Assembly (NCBI GenBank): GCA_039801885.1
Contig: JBDRVN010000001.1
Location: forward strand, 1-64,000
DNA length: 64,000 bases
Source: a candidate division WOR-3 bacterium
Lineage (GTDB): Bacteria > Hydrothermota > Tepidihabitantia > Tepidihabitantales > DTDR01
Direction of reading: 5' to 3'
The position numbers were made by a program, and so were the translations under genes. Positions 51,399 through 60,035 of the stretch are shown here, one piece after another. The notes below the pieces were generated by a model. It was given only the letters and a program-made list of their open reading frames with translations. It was not told the origin of the DNA and did no database searches. Within the stretch, counting starts at the first letter, position 1. Each line of letters opens with the position of its first letter.

Positions 51399-52900
51399 AA
51401 AAGAACAACAAGAATTGAGAAATAAATAAACCAATCACCAAATTGACGATAAATAGTATTTTTTAAAAACATCTTTACATTACCAAAAATTATCTCTTCT
51501 TTAAATAAGTTTGATTTTTGATAAATCCTACCAAAAGGGTCACAAAACAAACTAATTCCATTGTTTGCACATCTTATCAAAGGGACTCCGTTTTCAACTG
51601 CTCGAGCAATTGCCAATTCGTAATGTTGATAAGGACCGAAAGTTTTGCCAAACCAACCATCGTTCGTAATATTAACAATCATTTTGGCACCTCTTCTTAC
51701 AAATTCTCTTATCAAATCAGGAAAGATCGATTCAAAACAAATAGCACAAGAAAAAGAAGTTTTATCAGTCTGAAAAACAGTATAATCTTCTCCCTTTGAA
51801 TAATTTCCCATATCCACTGTTTCAATTAATTTAAAAATTTTTATCTTTTCATAATAGGGAATTCTCTCGGAAAAAGGAACAAGATGAATTTTTCTATATT
51901 CACCGACAATTCCCTTTTTGGGAGCAAATAAAACCGCTCCATTATAATACCTAAATCCTTTTTCATCATTTTCGTAACGGGGAGTGCCAATAAAAAGATA
52001 GCAATTATAAGTATCAGCAACACTTTTTAAAAATTCTTTATAAGGTGAATCAACAGTAATATCAATTAAAGAAGCGGTTTCGGGATAAATTATTAAATGA
52101 GGTTTTTCTTTCACACTTTTTTTAGTCATTGATAGTAATTGAGTTAACAATTTTATCTGTTCTTCTTTTGTACCTTTTTCTTCCGGCGAGACGTTTGGCT
52201 GTAAAAGAACTGTTTTAAAATAATCTGGCAATATTTTGACACGAGAAAAATAATAAAAAGTAGATAAACCGGTAATAATAATTATTAACAAAACAAATGG
52301 CCGCTTATTATTGACAAATAGTAGTTTGTAAATCGTAAAATTAATAAAAACTACCAAAGCCGAAACTCCATAAATTCCCCAAATTGAGGCAGTATTTAAA
52401 AAAACTAAATTATTTGTTTGGGTATACCCCACTAAACCCCATGGAAAACCAATTTCGGATTTTGTTCTAATAAACTCTAAAATTGGTAAAATAAAAGGAG
52501 CAAAATAAAGAGAAGTTATTTTTGTTAAATAAGAAAATAAAGCAAAATATAAAGCAAGATAGAAAAAAAGAATTATAACCCCAATAAATAATAAAATTCT
52601 TGTTGAAGAAGCGATCTGTGGTTTTAAAAAATAAAGCCACCAAAGATGGCTAATAGAAAATAAAAACCCATAAATAAAACCATAAATAAAAGTTTTTTTA
52701 GGCGATAACCTTTCTATGTAATAAAATAACGGTATAAAAGAAAAATAAGAAACAAAAAAGAAACCAATTGGCGCATATCCTAAATTAAGAATTAAAGGAG
52801 ATATAAAAAAGACTAATTTATTAACGGAGAATTTTGACTCTTTTCCCTTCAATTTTCCATCGACCCTCGGCAAAAAGTCTAATTGCCATTGGATAGGCAA
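51347..52900 (-). CDS. lnt: Apolipoprotein N-acyltransferase (true start probably further downstream)
   Basis: GFPWG..GYTQ, QPN, YPE, K.HLVPFSE, ICFE, NITNDGWF, R.ANNGIS. Confidence 0.93.
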   Translation of the reverse strand: MPIQWQLDFLPRVDGKLKGKESKFSVNKLVFFISPLILNLGYAPIGFFFVSYFSFIPLFYYIERLSPKKTFIYGFIYGFLFSISHLWWLYFLKPQIASSTRILLFIGVIILFFYLALYFALFSYLTKITSLYFAPFILPILEFIRTKSEIGFPWGLVGYTQTNNLVFLNTASIWGIYGVSALVVFINFTIYKLLFVNNKRPFVLLIIIITGLSTFYYFSRVKILPDYFKTVLLQPNVSPEEKGTKEEQIKLLTQLLSMTKKSVKEKPHLIIYPETASLIDITVDSPYKEFLKSVADTYNCYLFIGTPRYENDEKGFRYYNGAVLFAPKKGIVGEYRKIHLVPFSERIPYYEKIKIFKLIETVDMGNYSKGEDYTVFQTDKTSFSCAICFESIFPDLIREFVRRGAKMIVNITNDGWFGKTFGPYQHYELAIARAVENGVPLIRCANNGISLFCDPFGRIYQKSNLFKEEIIFGNVKMFLKNTIYRQFGDWFIYFSILVVLFYFIIKILYPLFSFKKR

Positions 52901-53432
52901 TATGTTCTTCTTTTAAAACTCTTTCGGCTAATGTTTCTGGAGTATCTTCGTCTTCCACGGGAACTATCCTTTGAATAATAATTGGTCCACCATCAACATC
53001 TTCATTAACAAAATGAACAGTACAACCAGAAAATTTTGCTCCACTTTCAATTACTGCTTGATGAACCTTTTCACCATATAGACCTTTAAATGCCGGTAAC
53101 AAAGCCGGATGGATATTCATAATTCGGTTTCGGTAATACTCTATAAAATAAGGGGTTAAAACTCTCATAAACCCAGCTAAACAAATTAAATCCGGTTTAA
53201 ATTCTTCTAACTTTTTAGTCAACTCTTTTTCAAATTCTATCCGTTCTTTATTCTTATGAGAGATTACAAAGTTAGGAATATTATGCCTTTTAGCCCTTTC
53301 CAAGGCATAAGCATTCTCCACATTACTAATTACACAAACAACTTTTCCTGGAATAAAACCATTTTCGCAGGCATCAATAATTGCCTGTAAATTCGTTCCC
53401 CGACCAGAAACTAAAACAGCAATTCTAATCAT
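52821..53432 (-). CDS. purN: Phosphoribosylglycinamide formyltransferase
   Basis: SGRGTNLQA, LAGFMRVL, NIHPALLP, GCTVHFV..VDGGPII. Confidence 0.96.
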   Translation of the reverse strand: MIRIAVLVSGRGTNLQAIIDACENGFIPGKVVCVISNVENAYALERAKRHNIPNFVISHKNKERIEFEKELTKKLEEFKPDLICLAGFMRVLTPYFIEYYRNRIMNIHPALLPAFKGLYGEKVHQAVIESGAKFSGCTVHFVNEDVDGGPIIIQRIVPVEDEDTPETLAERVLKEEHIAYPMAIRLFAEGRWKIEGKRVKILR

Positions 53433-54066
53433 TAACCCAAATTTTTTTTATTTCTTCTATTAACTTCTTAACATCGGAGAAATTAATTAAACCGGTCTCA
53501 ATTCTTAAAGAATGATTAACAACGCTAACACCTACTCCGGCACTAATGATTTCGATGTTTTTAATATTCTTTTCTTTTAAGAAAGCAACTATTTCCGAGT
53601 TTAAAAGTTCATAAAGATTTTTATATCCTTTCGGATTTAATTTTGTTAAAGCACCACGAATAAGAATATTTAATTTTCTTGCCAAATTAGGAATGGCATC
53701 CCGATAGTAATTTACAATCGCAAATTTATTTCCCGGTTCAGAAACGAAATAAACAATTTTTTTATACTCATCAACGATTAAATAAATATCTTGATTAAGA
53801 AAAGATGTTTTAAAATTAGGTTTCAAAGGTATTTTATTTACCAAAGCATTTGAGCAAAAGGGACCGACAATTTCTTCCTTTTGTAAAACTTTCTGAGCCT
53901 GTTTATCTGCCCGCACCTCATCAATTCCGTAATTTTTAAATGCCTGATAAAGACCAATAATCTCATGAAAAATAGGAATATTTTTTAAAATTGCTCCACA
54001 ACCAACTTTTTCGTTTAAATATTCGGAAGAAATGATTAAAAATTTTTCTTCTTCTCTCCTAACCAT
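53425..54066 (-). CDS. Hypothetical protein
   Basis: 213-aa ORF overlapping both neighbours in an operon; no motif recognised. Confidence 0.55.
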   Translation of the reverse strand: MVRREEEKFLIISSEYLNEKVGCGAILKNIPIFHEIIGLYQAFKNYGIDEVRADKQAQKVLQKEEIVGPFCSNALVNKIPLKPNFKTSFLNQDIYLIVDEYKKIVYFVSEPGNKFAIVNYYRDAIPNLARKLNILIRGALTKLNPKGYKNLYELLNSEIVAFLKEKNIKNIEIISAGVGVSVVNHSLRIETGLINFSDVKKLIEEIKKIWVND

Positions 54067-54685
54067 TTTTTATTTCTAAAAAATTATAAAACTTTTCTTT
54101 ATTTTCTTCTTTTAAATAATAATTTACATTGCCTAAAATTAATCTATTCTCTAAAAGCCATTCAATAAGATTTTTGTGAGAAACAAAACGATAATAAAAC
54201 TTTTCCGCATAGGGCTTTTGAGATAAATTATCAAGCACCATTGCTGTTAAAATATAAGGGGCGCTATTAAGGCTAATTTGATAACCAGCAGGATAAATAT
54301 CTCTTTCCGGAATTATCTCAATATCTTTAATATTTCCTTCAGAAAAAATTTGATAAGGATCAACCTGAGGTAAAAAACCAATTTTATAAGCCAAAATTCC
54401 CATTCCAGCATTTTCTAAAAGATTATCTTTCTGTCCGCCTTTCATCACCATTCTAATTAAAAAATTTTTTACTTTAAATCTTTTTATTAACTCTTTAAAA
54501 ACTTCTTTAACTAAAATCTTCCCAAAACCTTTTCTCTGATAGTCCTTAAAAACATAAACATCGTAAAGAACACCTTTATCACCTTCCACTTCACCAAAAC
54601 CTTCACCAATTAATTTCTCGCCAGAAAATAAGGAAATTTTTAAACCTCTTTTTAGTTCCAAAATTTTTAATTCGTAATTATTCAT
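54059..54685 (-). CDS. GNAT-like acetyltransferase domain protein
   Basis: VYV..DYQRKGFGKILV (motif A). Confidence 0.65.
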   Translation of the reverse strand: MNNYELKILELKRGLKISLFSGEKLIGEGFGEVEGDKGVLYDVYVFKDYQRKGFGKILVKEVFKELIKRFKVKNFLIRMVMKGGQKDNLLENAGMGILAYKIGFLPQVDPYQIFSEGNIKDIEIIPERDIYPAGYQISLNSAPYILTAMVLDNLSQKPYAEKFYYRFVSHKNLIEWLLENRLILGNVNYYLKEENKEKFYNFLEIKNG

Positions 54686-56184
54686 TTTCCTAAATTGGGA
54701 TTTAATCTTATTGCTTTTTCTAAATATTTTGTCGCTTCTTCTTTTTTCCCCAAATCCCGATATAAGAGTCCTAAATTATACAAACCAATATAATTATTGG
54801 GTTGTAAATTTATCAATTTTTTATAATATTGAATTGCTTTTTCTTTTTTATTCCATTCGGTATAAAGTCTTCCTAATTGAAAATAAAGTAAAGGATTTTT
54901 TTTATTTAGTTTTAATGCGCTATAATAGCTTTTTTCTGCTAAAAGAAAATCTTTCTTTTGGAAATAAGCATTTCCTAAATTAAAATAAGCTTCAAAATAA
55001 TTAGGTTTCAATTCTAAGGCTTTTTGAAAATTTTCAATTGCCTCAGGGATTTTATTGAGATTTAAATAAACATATCCACGATTACAATATACTTGCGATA
55101 AAATATTTTCTTTATCTTCTTTAAGAAAATCATAACTTAAGATTTTTTCATATAATCTTAAAGCCTCCTCGTACTCTTGTTTTTTTGCCAAAATATTACC
55201 GAGTAAAAGATAATTTTCATAGGAATCACAACTAATTTCGCAGAGAATTTTGGCTACTTTCTTAGCATTTACCAAATCTTCTTTAGAAAAATAAAGCAAA
55301 GAAAGATTTTTTAAAGTTAAAAGGTATTCATTTTTTAATGATTTTTTACTTTCTAAAATTTTTCTTAAAAATTCTAAATTTCTAATTGCTAAATTATAAT
55401 CATTTATTTTGCTGGAGTAAAAATTAACATAATAACTGAAAAATTGTAAAAAGTAAATTGTCAATCCAAAATCAATCGGCACATAAGAAAGGGGTGAAGA
55501 ATATGTAACTTCCCAATAAAGTAATTTATTATCCACTTTTATTGCTAAAAGAAAGTCTTTTTCCCTTTTAATAAAATTTATTGAATAATTAAACATTTTT
55601 AAAATATAGGCTTCAATAATTAAGAGATATAAAAAAGGTATTTTTTTTCGCATTCGGTAAAAGAGAATCGCCTCTTTAAAATTGAAAAAATCTTCTGTTA
55701 TTGGCGGTCGCAATTCTAATAAAGTATCTCTTAATGCCATAAGAGAGTTTAACCGATATTCTTCTTCTTTACTAATTTTAACAAAGCTTTTATTAAATTT
55801 TTCTTTAACCAAAAAATAAATTTTACTGATTTCTAAACTAATTTCTAAGGCATCATTAAAATTTACGGAAGAAACAGATATTAAAGGATAAATAAAACCG
55901 GAAGCGCTACCAATTACTCTTTCAATTGCTATAATTTTTTCTTCCCAAAATTCTGGTTTATTAAAAAATTCTTCATAAGAAAAATAAGAAAACTTAAAAA
56001 GTTCTTCCATTTTTTCTCTTTCGTCTTCGGAAAAAAATTTTTCTCCCACCGCTATTTTTTTTAATTCTTCTTTTTCTTTCTCATTCAATAAAATCAATCC
56101 TTCTTTTTCTTTATTAAGCAAATCGGCTGCTTCTTTTTTCCTTTTTTCTATTTCTTTTTCTAATAATAAAATATAATTTTCCAT
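54682..56184 (-). CDS. TPR protein with uncharacterised N-terminal domain
   Basis: About six C-terminal TPR units. Confidence 0.8.
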   Translation of the reverse strand: MENYILLLEKEIEKRKKEAADLLNKEKEGLILLNEKEKEELKKIAVGEKFFSEDEREKMEELFKFSYFSYEEFFNKPEFWEEKIIAIERVIGSASGFIYPLISVSSVNFNDALEISLEISKIYFLVKEKFNKSFVKISKEEEYRLNSLMALRDTLLELRPPITEDFFNFKEAILFYRMRKKIPFLYLLIIEAYILKMFNYSINFIKREKDFLLAIKVDNKLLYWEVTYSSPLSYVPIDFGLTIYFLQFFSYYVNFYSSKINDYNLAIRNLEFLRKILESKKSLKNEYLLTLKNLSLLYFSKEDLVNAKKVAKILCEISCDSYENYLLLGNILAKKQEYEEALRLYEKILSYDFLKEDKENILSQVYCNRGYVYLNLNKIPEAIENFQKALELKPNYFEAYFNLGNAYFQKKDFLLAEKSYYSALKLNKKNPLLYFQLGRLYTEWNKKEKAIQYYKKLINLQPNNYIGLYNLGLLYRDLGKKEEATKYLEKAIRLNPNLGK

Positions 56185-56281
56185 AGATATTAATTATAAA
56201 TTAAGCCGTTTCAAAAATCAAATATCTTTGAAATCTAATAAACCTTGAAAAATTATGATTATTAAGTAAAATATTTAAAAT

Positions 56282-56355
56282 GCGCCCGTAGCTCAATTGG
56301 AAAGAGCGACGGACTACGAATCCGTAGGCTGGAGGTTCGAGTCCTCTCGGGCGCA
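56282..56355 (+). tRNA. tRNA-Arg(ACG)
   Basis: ACGGA-CTACGAA-TCCGT. Confidence 0.96.
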
Positions 56356-56364
56356 TAAAATTTT

Positions 56365-56814
56365 ATGAAATTTACTGATATTTCTTTTATGGAAGAAGCA
56401 ATTAAGGAAGCCGAACTTGCTTTAAAGGAAAATGAAGTACCTGTTGGCGCCGTAGTAGTATATAAAAACAAAATAATTGGTCGAGGTCATAATCAAATGG
56501 AAAAGTTGAAAGATCCTACTGCCCACGCTGAAATGATCGCAATTTCTTCTGCTTGTAATTATTTAAAGGACTGGCGATTGAAAAACACAACTATTTATAT
56601 CACTTGTGAACCTTGTTTAATGTGTATGGGAGCAATTTTATTAGCAAGAATAAAAAAAATTGTTTATGGGACAAAAGAAGAGAATTTTGGCTTTTTCTCT
56701 AATTACTCAAGATTTTATAAATCTATTCAAGAAAAAGTTGAAATAATTAATGGAATAAAAGAAGAAGAGACAAGAGACTTGTTAAAAAAGTTTTTTGAGG
56801 AGAAAAGAAGATGA
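56365..56814 (+). CDS. tadA: tRNA-specific adenosine-34 deaminase
   Basis: EVPVGAV, DPTAHAE, EPCLMC.GA. Confidence 0.93.
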   Translation: MKFTDISFMEEAIKEAELALKENEVPVGAVVVYKNKIIGRGHNQMEKLKDPTAHAEMIAISSACNYLKDWRLKNTTIYITCEPCLMCMGAILLARIKKIVYGTKEENFGFFSNYSRFYKSIQEKVEIINGIKEEETRDLLKKFFEEKRR

Positions 56815-59800
56815 TAAAAAATTGGAGAGGTGGCCGAGTGGACGAAGGCGCGCGACTCGAAATCGCGAACCCACCTAAAAGTGGGTCGGGGGTTCGAATC
56901 CCTCCCTCTCCGCTTTTTTTATTTATAATTATTTTCAACTTACTTTTTAGTGAACCTTTCGTTGTAAAAAGAAACGAAAACTTAAGAGAACCAAATTTTT
57001 ATAATAAAGTAATAAAGCGATTTTCTCATTATAAATCCCGGAGAAATAAAAAATTATATTCTTTACCCAAAAGACTTACTTTAAATAAGCAAAATATTGA
57101 CACAATTAGAGTGTTAGCAATCAGAGTAGAATTTCAAGAAGATGATGATACTTTAACAACGGGAAATGGAAAAATGGATTTAATGGGTTTTTTAACCGAG
57201 CAAGATGGACTTTATTATGACCCACCCCATACTAAAAAATATTTTGAAAATCTTCTTTTAGGTTTGAGAAATTATTTCTGGCACAATTCTTTGGGAAAAC
57301 TTCATATTGAATTTAAAGTAATGCCCGAAGGAGCATTAGATGCCTATCAACTTCCCCATTCAATAAAATATTATGGCGATACTATGTGGAAATGGCCAAA
57401 TTATGATTTTCGCGGAATAGAAATGGGGCTTTGTCGTCTTATGGAAGATGCTTTTATTCTTGCTGACCAGGATACAAATATTAATTTTAGTGATTATGAT
57501 TATTTTATAATCTTTCATGCTGGTTCCTGTGCTCAAACTGACATTAAAGAAAACTCACCTTTTGACCTATGGGCTGCCACAATTAATAGTGAAGCATTAG
57601 AATATTATTTAGGGAAACCCTATATTGAAGTGGATAATGGAAATAAAAGAATTGATATTGCCTGTATTTTACCAGAAATGACTAGGCAGGATACTTTATT
57701 ACCTAACGGAAAAATAAACTATGGTGGAATGATGGGAATGCTCGGACTTTTTACTCATGAATTCGTTCATCTTTTAGGCGGTTATGATTTGTATGATGTA
57801 ACTGGTTATTCTATGGGGGTCGGCGGCTGGAGTTTGATGGGCTACGGAGGCTGGCTTGGTGGTTATGATTGTCCACCAGGAACTATTCCTGCTTATCTTG
57901 ACCCATTTCATAAAGTCTTATTTGGTTTTTTTGAACCAAAAGTTATTAATCTTTCATTAGATAGTCTATTTTGCTTTACAATGGCTATGGACTCATTGCT
58001 ATTTTCTGAGAAAGATACTCTGCCGTTTATATATAAAATGACAATTTCGGAAGATGAATATTTTCTTATTGAAAACCGACAAACCGATGTCCGCAAAAAA
58101 GATACAATTGTCGTTAAAAGAGAAAACGGCGTTGTTATTGGTGTAGAAGATGGTGAATATGATTTCTTTTTACCTGGCGGCGGCATTTTAATTTGGCATA
58201 TTGATGAAAAAATTATTAGGGAATACGGTCCTTATAACGCGATAAACATCAATCCCGCTCATAAAGGTGTTGATTTGGTAGAAGGAGACGGGATTCAAGA
58301 TTTTGATAAATTTATTTATCAGGATTATTATGAAATGATTGGTTCTAAATACGACCCTTTTTTCAAAGGTGGTTTTTTAGATAGTTTAACCGAAAATACT
58401 AATCCCAATAGTGATGGTTATTATGGAAAGACTTATTATCGCTTTCGTATTCTTTCTGAACCAGATACAGTTATGTATTTTACTTTTCAGAATAGATTAT
58501 TAAGAAAAGAATTGACAAAAAATTTTTCCGAGCCCTTATTATCTCCTTTGGCAGCAGATTTAAATTGTGATGGTAAAAAAGAAGTAATAATTCCTTGCTC
58601 AACAGGAGTAATTTATGCTTACGAACCCGATGGCAACCCTTATTTAGGTTATGAAATTCTTTGCCAATTACCATCAGAAATAACAGCCGATTTATCTATT
58701 GGTGATATTACCGGTGATAGTTTATTAGAAATAATAATAATCTCTTATGACCGCATTGTTGTTATTGATGCTTTCGGAAACTTTCTTTTTGATTTATTTT
58801 TAAACGGCGAAATAAAAAGTGAAGCATTACTTTACGATGGTAATAACGATAATAAGAAAGAAATTATTGTTGGAACTGAAAAAGGTTATCTATATATAAT
58901 TAACGGTGAAGGAAGAATAAGAGAAAATTTTCCTATAAGACTAATGGGAAAAATAAAATTGACACCAGCAATTTGTGATTCTCAGATTGTTGTTCTTACT
59001 GATGATAACCAATTATATTTACTATCTTTGAATGGCAATATAAAAATTGGCTTTCCAATTTCTCTTTCCAACTCTCCTTTCTCTTCTCCCTCATCTCCAA
59101 TTATTTCTGATTTTAATAATGATGGAAAAAAAGAAATTCTATTATTAATTCCAATTAATTTAAATTACAAATTATTTATTATTTCATCTGATGGAAATAT
59201 AAAATATTCTTCTCAAGAAATTATGGAATATCCTTCTTTTTCTTCCTTAGCAATTGGTGATGTGAATAATGATGGCAATTATGATATAATTGTTTTTAGT
59301 AAAAATAAAATATTTGCCTTTAATTATAATCTTACTTTAATTAACAACTTTCCGATTTTTTTTGATTCTACTTATTTAAAAGAAATTATTTTAAATGGCT
59401 ATCTTTTCTATGAAGAAATATCTTTTTATTTTTATACTTCACCGGTTATTGGTGATTTTGATGGTGATGAAATTTGTGATATCTTTGCTGGACTTCCCAA
59501 CTTTGGTTTTTCTATAAATAAAAAACAAAAATTATTTACTACCGGTGGGATAAAAACTATTCCGTTTATTACTGATTTGGACAATGATTCTTTTGTTGAA
59601 TTACTTATAACTACCGAAGATAATTATTTATATGTCTATAATACCTTTGGTAAAGAGAATAACATATTTTGGCAGACAAAATTAGCAACTACCGAAAGAG
59701 ATGGGAGGGTTTTAAAGGAATTAGAAAGAAAAGTTACTTCTGATAAATCACTTATCAGTTATTTTTATATTTATCCCAATCCCATTACCATTAATGATCA

Positions 59801-60035
59801 AAAGGGATATCTAAGATTTTATCCCACCCAAGAAATAAAAGAAGCAAAGATTGAAATTTATGATTTTTCTTTCAAAAAAGTATTTGAAGATAAGATAAAT
59901 AATTTAAAAATCTTAGATAATGAATATAGAATTGACATCAGAAAATTTAAAACCGGTATTTATCTTTTGAAACTGGAAGTTAATTCTCAAAATAATAAAG
60001 AAATAAAATATTATAAGTTTGGTGTTGTAAAATGA
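56811..60035 (+). CDS. M6 (immune inhibitor A-like) metalloprotease with FG-GAP/VCBS repeats and T9SS-like tail; 5' end overlaps tRNA-Ser
   Basis: VEFQ.D, IFHAG, HEFVHLLG.YDLYD, WSLMG.G, EYFLIENRQ, ILIWHIDE; D.N.DG..E repeats; YPNP..TGIY. Confidence 0.85.
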   Translation: MIKNWRGGRVDEGARLEIANPPKSGSGVRIPPSPLFLFIIIFNLLFSEPFVVKRNENLREPNFYNKVIKRFSHYKSRRNKKLYSLPKRLTLNKQNIDTIRVLAIRVEFQEDDDTLTTGNGKMDLMGFLTEQDGLYYDPPHTKKYFENLLLGLRNYFWHNSLGKLHIEFKVMPEGALDAYQLPHSIKYYGDTMWKWPNYDFRGIEMGLCRLMEDAFILADQDTNINFSDYDYFIIFHAGSCAQTDIKENSPFDLWAATINSEALEYYLGKPYIEVDNGNKRIDIACILPEMTRQDTLLPNGKINYGGMMGMLGLFTHEFVHLLGGYDLYDVTGYSMGVGGWSLMGYGGWLGGYDCPPGTIPAYLDPFHKVLFGFFEPKVINLSLDSLFCFTMAMDSLLFSEKDTLPFIYKMTISEDEYFLIENRQTDVRKKDTIVVKRENGVVIGVEDGEYDFFLPGGGILIWHIDEKIIREYGPYNAININPAHKGVDLVEGDGIQDFDKFIYQDYYEMIGSKYDPFFKGGFLDSLTENTNPNSDGYYGKTYYRFRILSEPDTVMYFTFQNRLLRKELTKNFSEPLLSPLAADLNCDGKKEVIIPCSTGVIYAYEPDGNPYLGYEILCQLPSEITADLSIGDITGDSLLEIIIISYDRIVVIDAFGNFLFDLFLNGEIKSEALLYDGNNDNKKEIIVGTEKGYLYIINGEGRIRENFPIRLMGKIKLTPAICDSQIVVLTDDNQLYLLSLNGNIKIGFPISLSNSPFSSPSSPIISDFNNDGKKEILLLIPINLNYKLFIISSDGNIKYSSQEIMEYPSFSSLAIGDVNNDGNYDIIVFSKNKIFAFNYNLTLINNFPIFFDSTYLKEIILNGYLFYEEISFYFYTSPVIGDFDGDEICDIFAGLPNFGFSINKKQKLFTTGGIKTIPFITDLDNDSFVELLITTEDNYLYVYNTFGKENNIFWQTKLATTERDGRVLKELERKVTSDKSLISYFYIYPNPITINDQKGYLRFYPTQEIKEAKIEIYDFSFKKVFEDKINNLKILDNEYRIDIRKFKTGIYLLKLEVNSQNNKEIKYYKFGVVK
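56824..56912 (+). tRNA. tRNA-Ser(CGA)
   Basis: GGAGAGG acceptor stem, CGCGA-CTCGAAA-TCGCG, long variable arm CCCAC..GTGGG, GTTCGAATCC, G discriminator. Confidence 0.95.

Noticed and set aside
56824-56912. Long-variable-arm tRNA as tRNA-Sec
   Set aside because: The anticodon is CGA, not TCA, and the acceptor stem is 7 bp; it is an ordinary tRNA-Ser.
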